From Lingula anatina (lineage: Eukaryota > Animalia > Brachiopoda), in contig CM120641.1 of NCBI GenBank assembly GCA_051362555.1, positions 30,696,401-30,760,400 of the forward strand: a stretch of 64,000 nucleotides of DNA, read 5' to 3'. How positions within the stretch are numbered: position 1 is the first letter of the stretch; each line of letters opens with the position of its first letter. The position numbers and the translations under genes were made by a program. The notes beneath the pieces were generated by a model. That model was given only the letters and a program-made list of their open reading frames with translations, ran no database searches and had not been told where the DNA came from. Positions 54,155 to 64,000 of the stretch are shown one piece after another.

Positions 54155-54635
54155 CAGGGCCGTAGCCTGAGCAAAATGCCAGGGGGGCAGTAAGGGGACA
54201 CGAGGGGGCGAACCCCCCGAGGGTAGAGGGTGTGGGAAGGGGTGTCCCCTCCCACGGTGTGGAAAATTTTAAAAAACTGTATGTATAATACTGCATTCAT
54301 GGTGCATTTTAACTGCTATTTATTGCTCAATCAGAAGTCAGAAATTGTGGGTTCACTTTGCCATAAGTACAGTCATTTTTTCAACACAACACGCCAATTG
54401 GACTTTTTGGCATGAACTGAGTTGGCTAAAATCAGTACACCTTTGTAAACAGATTGTTGATCGATTGTCTAGTGGCCATGAGTGCATTTTCTCACAGAAT
54501 TGATACCAACTTTGCAATTATTTTTTTTACCTTTGCGATTATTTATTATTATTATTATTATTTATTTTTTTTGCACCTCAAATCCCAGGTTGGGCAGCTG
54601 CCACCCCCCCTCCCCCCCCGGAGGCTACGGCCCTG
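54155..54635. mobile_element. hAT-like MITE with a 5-bp TSD
   Basis: Perfect 14-bp TIR cagggccgtagcct / aggctacggccctg; tttta on both flanks. Confidence 0.85.
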
Positions 54636-54724
54636 TTTTACAGTACAGAGATTAGCCATCTATTTAACCAGAGACGCATCTTTTAATATCTAGTGAAAAA
54701 TCAATCTATGGCCCTGGTAGAGGG

Positions 54725-54898
54725 GGGACCGTAGCGATAGTCCGAAGGTTCAATAGTCCGAAGGTTCATTGGTCCGAATGTTCACTATAGAACCTTCGGA
54801 CCAATGAACCCTTGATTAAAAAATCGATAAAAATGTTACCACTTTTCGGACCAATGAACCTTCGGACTAATGAACCTTCGGACTATCGAGACGCCCCC
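54725..54898. mobile_element. Fold-back MITE with 15-bp subrepeats and an 8-bp TSD
   Basis: 27-bp TIR gggaccgtagcgatagtccgaaggttc / gaaccttcggactatcgagacgccccc; TSD gtagaggg at 54717-54724 and 54899-54906. Confidence 0.9.
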
Positions 54899-54906
54899 GT
54901 AGAGGG

Positions 54907-55010
54907 TAGCCACAGGCTGCGGAGTGTTGATTTTGATGCTGTCTCAACCATGATTGTGACGGACTCCACAAATATCAGTCAATTGTGTTAGTGAAGACAT
55001 AACGCGAGAC
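54907..55010 (-). pseudogene. CGxRHNH-family C-terminal remnant
   Basis: Minus strand SRVMSSLTQLTDICGVRHNHG*. Confidence 0.45.
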
Positions 55011-55059
55011 GGGGAGGGGGATGCAAGGTTTACAAAGAAATTACCTAATAAGTCATTGG

Positions 55060-55161
55060 AAATGACAGTATGTTATTTTAGTTTAAATTAGATGTCGATG
55101 AACCATTCAGTAAATGACAATATGCTATTTTAGTTTAAATTAGATGTCGACGAACCATTCA
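55060..55161 (+). repeat. ~52-bp tandem duplication
   Basis: aaatgaca(g/a)tatg(t/c)tattttagtttaaattagatgtcga(t/c)gaaccattca occurs twice. Confidence 0.9.
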
Positions 55162-55846
55162 ATAGAGAAAATTAGATTAAAAGGAAATATGTTGAAGCGG
55201 CACAAAAATGATGGAGGGTGGAGGGTATGATGATGGTATAAAAGGTTTGGGAGAGTCGGGGAAATTGAGTTTTGAGTGCGTTCGGGTGTTTACTGATGTC
55301 CTTTAACTTAAACACACCAGGTTATACAAACTTTTACAACTTTTGTCTCTAAAATACTGTACAGATTAATCTTTTTTACTTATATAACTACCGTATGTTT
55401 CTACTATAGTATTTCACAAAGATGAACTTTAAAGATGACGTCTATTTAGAAAGAGCGCCATTACTAAAAACGCAGCACTGGAAAATTAACTGGCAAAGCG
55501 TCAACGCTACGTTACAAATGGAACAGAAAGTGCCGACAGAATCTACGTGGAGTCAAAGTTTGCTATTTTTGAACAAGCCACACAACGGAGACTGAAATAT
55601 CGGAGTGCAAAATATGACTTGTTTTAATTATTGATTAAAAATAGGCTGTTAGTAGGCTATGACCAAGTTGTTAAACAGCCGATGAAATTCTTAAAATATT
55701 GAATGACTCTAAATGGAATTTAATAAATTTCTTAATTGCTTATTTGATTTTTCTATATCATTTTGTAAAGTCAGAGTATTTTATAATAGCAAACTGCTAA
55801 CAACACAATTCTAACCGACGCGTTACTTTCCAAAGCATAAAAATAG

Positions 55847-55884
<38 letters not shown>

Positions 55885-55913
55885 GTGTGTGTGTATGTGT
55901 GTGCGCGCGCGCG
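55847..55913. repeat. (GT)n(GC)n microsatellite
   Basis: Alternating purine-pyrimidine tract. Confidence 0.95.
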
Positions 55914-55949
55914 TCGGGGTGGAGGGCATGGGTCTTGCACGGGAATCTT

Positions 55950-56750
55950 CCTCTCTGACAATTGTCAATGTTGACAGGGTAAGTAATGGTACGGGAGAAT
56001 ATTGAGGAAGTTGAGTTACAACAGGGTTAATGCTACAGTATTTGTCCTTAGAGTCTGTCTCAACATGATTGTGACGGCGCCCAATGAATTTCACCATATT
56101 GTGCTAGTGAAGACAGCGATAAAGCATAGAGGGCGCTGATATGATAATCTTTCTTATAATTTCTCCGGAGTATCACAATAATTTTTTATATATCACAGTG
56201 GCTGGACCTTGGTCATATCTGTCGCGATGCCAAACCCCCCTCCCGCCTTGCACAAGTATTTTGGTCGCAGTCCATAACAAATCCAAAGTCTCATTTCTTG
56301 CACAGCGCCATCTACACTCAACAATGTTTATATATGGCGCGTGCAAATGGTGACGCTGAAAAGCCGGAATACTTTCATCAAACGTTCTGCAATCGGCAAT
56401 CCTCGGCTCATTCCGCAAGCTCCATACTAACCTCGGATGTGATAGGCGGAGAAATATGCACCAAATCCATGCATTTTGTTCGCCGGAAATGCCTTCTCAC
56501 TCAATTCGATTATTCAGCTCATAAAGATGGGTGCCAATACCCCTGATTTTTATGATGCTTTACAGTTTGCCAAACAATGCACTAAGATTGACTTTGATTA
56601 AAAGGATAAACAGATACAGACGTTGAAAGAATTATGGTCTAAATTAGCGCGAGGTTGAAAGTAGTTCCTTCCCAACAATCAACAATCAAATATGGATGCC
56701 TCCGTATCACGTCCGAGGTCATTGTCGAGTGCGGAGACATCCGAGTAGTT
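55950..56750 (-). pseudogene. Most complete decayed copy of the CGxRHNH / putative DEDD-like nuclease family
   Basis: In order on the minus strand: HPYLIVDCWEG (~56665-56698), THLYEL (~56516-56533), VHISPP, ICYGLRP, LSSLAQYGEI/GRRHNHVETDSKDKYCSINPVV (56019-56115). Several stops and frameshifts. Confidence 0.5.
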
Positions 56751-58475
56751 CCGAGTGAACGTTCTGTACACTGAGCGTCATCTTCCATCAGGGCACTTTT
56801 CTTAGATGGTTTTGTTATATATTCTGTTGGCAAACTTTATCGGTGAGTTCAGGATAAGACATATGAAGTGAAGAACACGTATGGTATCGACTGTGTTAGT
56901 TGTTCACGTTCACATCTCAATGCAATGTAGCACGAAAATTCTTATGGCTGTGACAACACACCAGCCATTTAAACTTCGAAGTATTATGATTTGTATTTAG
57001 TGCATACAATAATCTATAAACTATACAGGACAAATTTGTATTCTTGCCATTTAGAAGTTTAATCTAATAATTTTTTGTTTTTTTTTCGCCCTCTCGCACC
57101 GATTTCGGGGTCCCCAGAGGATGTCATTCATAAAAATAAAAAGTGTGGCCTTACGAAATTTAAAATGCACTTTTTCTATTTATATGTAAGTTTTCATATC
57201 CCAATATCTCAGCTCCATATAACAAAAGTGGTACTATCAGCTTATCAAAGAGGTCTAGTTGGCAATATTGATAAATTTAACTGTCTAGCTTTTTTATAAA
57301 TGCCAAACATAATTCTTGTCGCCCTCTGTACTACATATTTTCGCGTAGAATAAAATGATCCTGTTCTAGATATAAAAATTCCCAAATATTTAAAACTTTT
57401 GACAATTTCAATGTCATAATTATTATATTTAAATGACAATTCTTTAGGTTGTCTCCCTTTTCCAAATATTAGTATTTTATTCTTGTGTTTACCTGCAATT
57501 TCCAATTTGAACAGTATTAAAAAAAGCAATCAAGTTGATATTGAAGATCATCTTTGGTCTCTGACACCAGTAATGTATCATCTGCGTAAAGTTTCACCAT
57601 AATTTTGATATACACATCAAGCTCATTTTCAAGCTCATCAGTTACGGTCTGTAAACCAACAACATTTTTGTTAGATAGAAAATCCTCTAAATCATTAAGA
57701 TAGAGAGCAAAGAGCAAGGGAGATAAATTTGCCCCTTGTCTAACTCCATTTTGACAAGAGAAATATTCTGAGAAACGTCCATTATAAGTAATGTTTGATT
57801 TGCATTTATTGTACATATTCATAATAGACATAATAACCCTTAGGCATTTCCCACTTATTTGGTAACTAAATAATTTTCTCCATAATCCAATTCTCCATAT
57901 CTTATTGAAGGCGGGTTTAAAATCTACACAAGCACAATATAACTTATTCTTTTTTAAGAATGATAATTCAATCAAAGAGTACAAAGTAAAGATATTATCG
58001 GCTGTTGAATAATTAGCTCTAAATCCGCTTTGATTCTCCTTTAATATATCTGTGCTATCTGAGTAAGTACTGTAGTTAGCCTTTTGCTCAGAATCGACGT
58101 GGACACCTTGTCTAAACTACTTAACAAGGAAATAGGCCTGTAGTTTTATGGTTCATGAGCTGATCCTTTATTTTTATATATTGGCTTAATGAGTCCATTA
58201 AACCATGCATCTGGTACAATTCCTGAATTAAATACTACTTTTAAAAGTTTGACATATAATGGTGCCATATGTATAGATGATTTTATGTATTCATTTAGTA
58301 ATATGTCTGGTCCTGGTGACTTATTATTTCTGAGTAATTTCACAGTATTTACAACTTCATTGACCGATATAGGTTCATTCATAAATGAACTATCATCAAA
58401 GATCTGGTCACTGTCTATAAAAAGTAAATCTTTTTCATCATCAGTATTAGCATTAACCTTCTTGAAATATTCATA

Positions 58476-58743
58476 ACTAGAAAAGCACTAAGAGAGCGCA
58501 GACCTCCGCCAAGGCAGCAAAGTCTTCAACCAATCTCGTTTCACCCCTAAATTTTCTAAATTTTGATTATTGATCCGGATCACCACCAAAAAACTAATCA
58601 CTTCTAAGTTAACCCATTTCTGACCTACCCTGAATAATTCCATCGAAATTCATCCATAACTTTTTGAGTTATGTTGATGACAAACAGACAGACAGACAGA
58701 CAAACAAACAGGGGTGAAAACATAGCCTCCTTGGCAGAGATAA
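58476..58743 (-). mobile_element. Short Helentron-like element, family C, inserted in the LINE
   Basis: Minus strand: atctctgccaaggaggctat...(gtct)n...ccttggcggaggtctgcgctctcttagtgcttttctag. Inserted in a T run; removal restores the LINE frame DDFYEYFKKVN. Confidence 0.9.
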
Positions 58744-59471
58744 AAATCATCTACACCTAGATCTACTGCACCATCACTACAGGACTTTTTTCCTTTTACA
58801 TTAAACAATTTCCAATATTCTTTTGGATTTTTACTTCACATATTCTTCATTTTATTTTGTAATTGGTATCTATAATTAGTAAAAGATTTATCCGCTACAG
58901 TTTTATAATGTTTCTGAGCATCAAGAACCCCTTGTTTAAATATAGTGGATCCATATTTCTTGTATTTACGATGACAATTACAGTACTCCTTACGTGCGAT
59001 ACGGCACTCATTGCAGAACCACTCTTTATTCTTTTTCAAAGTATATTTAGTTTTCTTAGCTGAACTCAACAATACTTCAGCTGTCTTTTCAAAAATTGAA
59101 TCAATTTCCTTTTTCTCCACACTGCCAAGATCCAATCTCTCGATAACATTTTGTATATCAATAATACAAGCTAAGTCAATATTTCTATTATATTCGTTGG
59201 CTTTATCCTTATGCCATTTTTTAATTCTTTCTGTGTATTCACCCACATCTATATTACCCTCTAGTGTACACCTATTAGAGTTCTGTTTGATTATACTGAG
59301 GTGGCAAACCAGAGGTAAATGAATATCTGAATAAAGACAGTTAAAATCTAAAATCTCAAAATATGTGACAAAATTTAAGAAGAAATCAGCATTAAAAATA
59401 AAATAATTTACCAACTTGTTCATCACTACCCACTCTTACATTCATTATATATATACAAGCTGTGAGTCTTA

Positions 59472-59697
59472 GAGACCATTCCCACAGATATTAAGAACGA
59501 TCTATCCCCCTGGGGAGTCTCACTAGATTGCTGTCAGCTTAACCAGCTTAAATGTCTATCCCGCCTACTGAAAGCTGCAAGGGGGTAATAAACTTTTGTG
59601 CGCGCTCAGCTCCAGGAAGCTGACAGCAATTTAGCTTGAACCCCCAGGGAGTTGGGTCAATTCAGATGGATTGATCTAAATCTGTGGGAACCCAGTA
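59472..59697. mobile_element. PIF/Harbinger-like MITE inserted in the LINE endonuclease region
   Basis: IR ttcccacagat / atctgtgggaa; TTA TSD at 59469-59471 and 59698-59700; removal restores FCKTHSLYI. Confidence 0.85.
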
Positions 59698-60453
59698 TTA
59701 CAAAAGTTTAGTAAATAATTACCGAAGTTGTTAACTGTATTGTCATTGTACACTGGTCTCTAGTTTATGGACATCTGTTAAATGATCAAAATTTTCACCA
59801 AAAGCTATTTAAAAAGTTTTAAAGTCAGGATAGTTAAACTTTTTATTTATACCACATACATTTAATGAGAGAATTTTGTGTTCTTGTTATATTTATCACT
59901 AGTCGAAGTCCTGTCTTCACTGACAGAGCTACCATTCAGATAAGTGTTACTCACTGCTTTAATTTGTTCGGACGACCCCGCCCCCCCCCCCCCCCCCCCT
60001 AGATTCTAGATTTCCGTATTGCCAGCTCGATCTTGGTTTCATATATAACCCATACAAAAGCAATACGAAAGCGAAACCAGTAAAAGCGATCCCAAGATTT
60101 TTAACAAGCTAACTTTTACTGTGCCCTGACACTCAGGGTACCCCCTCACCATTTCCTTGTCCTTAAATGACCCACACTTAGCAATGGTTGGCCTATGTTT
60201 CCCTGGTGTGTGCGGTGAACCCTTTCAAATTTTATTTCGTAAGAAACTACTATAAACGCACCACTTTATTATCAGTACTGGTATAGTGTATGCTTCAGCC
60301 TTGACTAACAACAATACTTTATTTTGAAAGTTTATTATTTTATTTTTTAATAAATTTACTGAAATTTCATTATTTTAATATTTTGGATCTTGAGGAAAAA
60401 GCCTGATCACTCACTTTTTTGTCTTTTCCAGTCCATCATCTGTCCAATATCAT

Positions 60454-60684
60454 CTGCCACAATGGAACGCAATGACTCCAGACTACTACACTGTACTAGC
60501 AGGCACAGGACTATACTGCCACAATGGAACACAATGACTCCAGACTAAACTGTCCTAGCAGGCACAGGACTATACTGCCAGAATGGAACACAATGACTGC
60601 AGACTACTACACTGTACTAGGAGGCACAGGGCTATACTGCCACATTGGAACACAATGACTCCAGACTACTACACTGTACTAGCA
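60454..60684 (+). repeat. 62-bp minisatellite (about 3.8 units)
   Basis: Unit ctgccacaatggaacacaatgactccagactactacactgtactagcaggcacaggactata. Confidence 0.95.
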
Positions 60685-60925
60685 GCAGTGTATGAAATTC
60701 AAGGAAATTACTAGCCAGACCGCCGGGCAGGTAACTTTGAAAAGTTACCAGCCTGGCCATGTAGTTACCTGCCCTAGTTATGATAACCCCTAGAGTTAAG
60801 AGAGGTATGCTGAGGGGGTCTAGAATGCATTCTTGGGAGAGTAATTTGGAAATGAAAGGGCAATATCATGCCTTATGCATGGAAATTTAGAAATTGGTTG
60901 GAATTTCAACTGAATGATACCTTGT

Positions 60926-61100
60926 CAGTGTTGGATTTAGAGAGGGTCAGGGGGCTCCTGACGCCCCCCTTTTAATTTCTGTAAAAAAACCTCACCTCTT
61001 GAAATAAGACTTTCACTAGTTGAATCATAGTTCTAAACCATACCAAATGGCACCATTCACCATCTAAAATACCAAACATTTTCAGGGCCCTTTAGCGGGC
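60926..61100 (+). mobile_element. DNA transposon fragment, same family as 3690-3883
   Basis: Reverse-complement homology to 3700-3883. Confidence 0.55.
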
Positions 61101-61391
61101 GGGGGAGAGCGGGAGTAGTCAATTCAGTTTATGTTCACCTTGCAGGCTAGCTCATTTCTTCTTCAATAATTTATTCATACCTTTTATTCCGATTTCGTGA
61201 TATCACTTGATCATAATTTTTGCTTTTCTGTATAGCAACAATATATATATTGTTGTCAAATAAATCGATCTCTGTGCTTACAATAAAGAAAAAAGAATTT
61301 AGAACGTAGGGTCCCTTTGAATATCGCTTTTAAGCTTTAAAAGGCGGCCGAAAATGGTCTTGCACGCTAATGGCCCATAGACAGTCCTGCA

Positions 61392-61540
61392 GGGCCCCGT
61401 ATCTCGAAAGCATTGCTTATTGAGAATAGCTATATATATCACATAGAGGCTACAATATATTATATGGGGCGAGTATGGGCGAGTTATTGGATCGAGATGC
61501 TTGCGCTCGGTTGCAATGCGTGATACTTTCGAGTTACGGT
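61392..61540. mobile_element. Small Harbinger-like MITE
   Basis: IR ccgtatctcgaaag / ctttcgagttacgg; right terminus eroded; no TSD. Confidence 0.45.
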
Positions 61541-61640
61541 TTTACAAAAAAATGTTGCCGCTCGACTAATTGCAAATCGAAGTCACCTTTCCATGGATCC
61601 CAATTTGTTCTCTTTCGTTTGGTTCTGTCGTAATCTTTGT

Positions 61641-61692
61641 TATTATGTACAGACACAGATGTGTCTGTACATATTGCCATCACCTGCGTCTG

Positions 61693-61725
<33 letters not shown>

Positions 61726-63414
61726 TCGCCGTGCACTTTCCTTGTAAACACGATAAGTGGAAGACTTTTTGGCTTTATATTTACAGAGCTGATGAATATT
61801 CATAAAATGCAGGTCAAGTTCGAAAATCAGCATGATCGGGCCATTATTGTAGAAGTTATGCTGTTTTTTCACTTTTCAGCATATATGCAACACTGTAAAC
61901 ACATTTCAACAAAAACCAATAGGCCTGTTGTCATGAAACTCACAGGAAAAATTGATCTTACTAAAACGCAGGTCAAGTTCGAAAATCGGCATGATCGGGC
62001 CACTATTTTAGTAGTTATGCTTTTTTTTTTTCACTTTTCAGCATATATGCAACACTGTAAACACAATATAAGAAAGACAGATAGGCCAATTGTCATTAAA
62101 CTCACAGGAGTGGTCATTCCTGCTAAAATGCAGGTTAAGTTCAAAAATCAGCATAATCGGGCCATTATTTTAGAAGTTATGCTCTTCTTTACATTTCCTT
62201 AGATTCAATTCTTAGGCATGTTAACAGTTTCATTATTTAATTAATAAGATATGTAAAAGTGTTTTTTTGACATTTCCTGCATCTTTACAACATTGTTAGT
62301 TGATTTTGTAAAAATGATTTTAAACTTGTTATTGTATATTGTGTAATAAAGTTTCAAAAATGGAAATAAACTCATATCATTGTAGTTTGTCAGACTGAAT
62401 CATTCACTGTGTTCAGAATCTCAGAATGGAAGAAATTGGACATTTAACACTGCTCTATTGATATTTTTCCCATCTCATCAATTTACTTAGTTGGTCATAT
62501 AAAAATGGCAGTAAACTGTTAATTTTGTTTTATGTTAAAAATTGTTAAAAATGGAAATAAACCCATTTCAGAACAGTGCTGTCTTGTTTACATTTTGGCA
62601 TTTTCAAGTTGTGACTTTGAAGTTCCATGGGCCTGAAGACCTTTGCTAGTCACATTTTCTGAATATCCATGATACTAATATTTTATTATTAAAAATTGAT
62701 GGTTATTATGCTGTTAAAAATTATGTAATATTGCATCAAAATTTGAAAAAAAACCTTATTTGGGCACTGCTCCCATTGTGACCATTTAAGAAAAACCATG
62801 TCAATTACTGTTCTCAAACAGTACAGTAAATATATATAAATGTGTCTGTACATATTGCCATCACCTGCGTCTGTCGTCGCCATCATCGCCGACGCCGGCG
62901 CCTTGCACTTTCATTGTAAACACGATAAGTGGAAGGCAGTTTTACTTTTGGGCTTTATATTTATAGAGCTGATGAATTTTCATAAAATGCAGGTCAAGTT
63001 CGAAAATCAGGATGATCGGGCCTTTATTGTAGAAGTTATGCTTTTTTTTTTCACTTTTCAACATATATGCAACACTGTAAACACATTTCAAGGAAAACCG
63101 ATAGGCCTGTTGTCATGAAACTCTCAGGAGTAATCGATTCCAAAAATCGACATGGTCTGAGTTGGAAAAGCAGTCTAATTGGCTTCCTTTTCTGGAAGTT
63201 ATGCATTTTCAAAGTGTGAACTTGAACTCCCATGGGCCTGAAGCCTTATGCTTGTTACACATTTAACTTACGTTGGTATTACCTGTTGAGCGTAATTAAA
63301 ATTTGATGTTGAATTTGCAGCTTAACATAATGTATTTTTGCATCAGAATTGACAGTAGCCTTTTTTGTTATTTCCTGCTTTTTGTCTGTACATTTGACAG
63401 CTTTGCTGCCTTGT
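61641..63414 (+). mobile_element. Helentron-like family A, youngest-looking copy, with a second head module at 62840
   Basis: tatgtacagacacagatgtgtctgtacata (subTIR plus IR hairpin); (cgtcgc)n; ~160-bp cores at 61805, 61965, 62125; 3' tgtctgtacatttgacagctttgctgccttgtt. Confidence 0.85.
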
Positions 63415-64000
63415 TTTTATTTCTTTCCTCAATTGTTTTTCTTTTGTGAACTTCTCTATCGGACTTGATAGAATTTTTTTCATTTTTGACAGCCCAAGAT
63501 GAAAGCACGTGGGAAAAGAACTACATCTGACGCACGGCGTAAACTTGTACGTTCACTCATAATTTTGGGATTCAAATTTTTTGTAAAATTCTCCTTTAAT
63601 TTGCCTCCGTTGCCTTTATTACTGTTGATTATAGGCACTTCATGTACCTATAAGTCTATTTAATCAATATCATAATTTTTTATACTTTCACATTTTTTTT
63701 ACTCTCAACCTACAAATTGTTACTCGCGGTATCTCCTCTACACAAAACAATGACATAACGTTATCTGCTGTGCACTGAAGCTGGTTTAGAACAATGTGCC
63801 TCGTTTCAAATTGTCTTTCAACTTCATATCACACAGACGGAACTTCGAAAACGAGGCCACTGAGAGGGAGACTGTTGGTTACATTTCGATACGAGCGTTC
63901 GATTGCAAGCTATGGTTAGTTCTTTGCTTCTATGAAAGTGGGTGAAAACAGTGAGTTTATTTGATATTTTGCTGAAATTGCTTGTGAACATAGACAAAAT

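Larger units (their letters stand above)
57230..59790 (-). mobile_element. Degenerate LINE ORF2 (APE + RT), RTE-X/CR1-like
   Basis: APE: NTVNNFGNYLLNFC...NVRVGSD, SDIHLPL. Linker: NEPISVNEV...NNKSPGPDILLNEYIK...PDAW...IKPIYKNKG. RT: LYCACVDFKPAF, GVRQGANLSPLLFALYLNDL, LYADDTLL, FKYLGIFIS. Frameshifts and two nested insertions. Confidence 0.93.

Noticed and set aside
60120-60275. SINE 3' region
   Set aside because: No recognisable tRNA A/B-box head; the similarity is too vague.
61570-62202. Longest ORF (210 aa) as a real gene
   Set aside because: It lies wholly within a non-autonomous Helentron-like element (microsatellite plus core repeats), and paralogous copies do not keep the frame.

Overview
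AT-rich eukaryotic DNA. The repeat content suggests an invertebrate, probably a mollusc (inference). I found no intact protein-coding gene, RNA gene or CRISPR array. Most of the window is transposon debris: (i) three families of non-autonomous Helentron-like elements (HINE/DINE-1/pearl architecture), two carrying internal tandem cores; (ii) a 46-bp satellite in two arrays, with a higher-order duplication and a fold-back; (iii) an Academ-type DNA transposon derivative with ~325-bp TIRs, a TTA TSD and a Cys-rich C-terminal remnant; (iv) LINE fragments (Rex1-like, Tx1/L1-like, RTE-X/CR1-like); (v) a hAT transposase C-terminus; (vi) many MITEs. A chain of splice-site-bounded but stop-containing + strand exons suggests a decayed gene or lncRNA. 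The most unusual signal came from hand translation across frames. About nine decayed, intronless, mutually divergent reading-frame remnants share a motif order (ivDxEg...YEL...HGL...NL...CGxRHNH...C) that resembles DEDD/DnaQ-like nucleases carried by Maverick/Polinton-type elements. That family assignment is an inference and needs a profile search.
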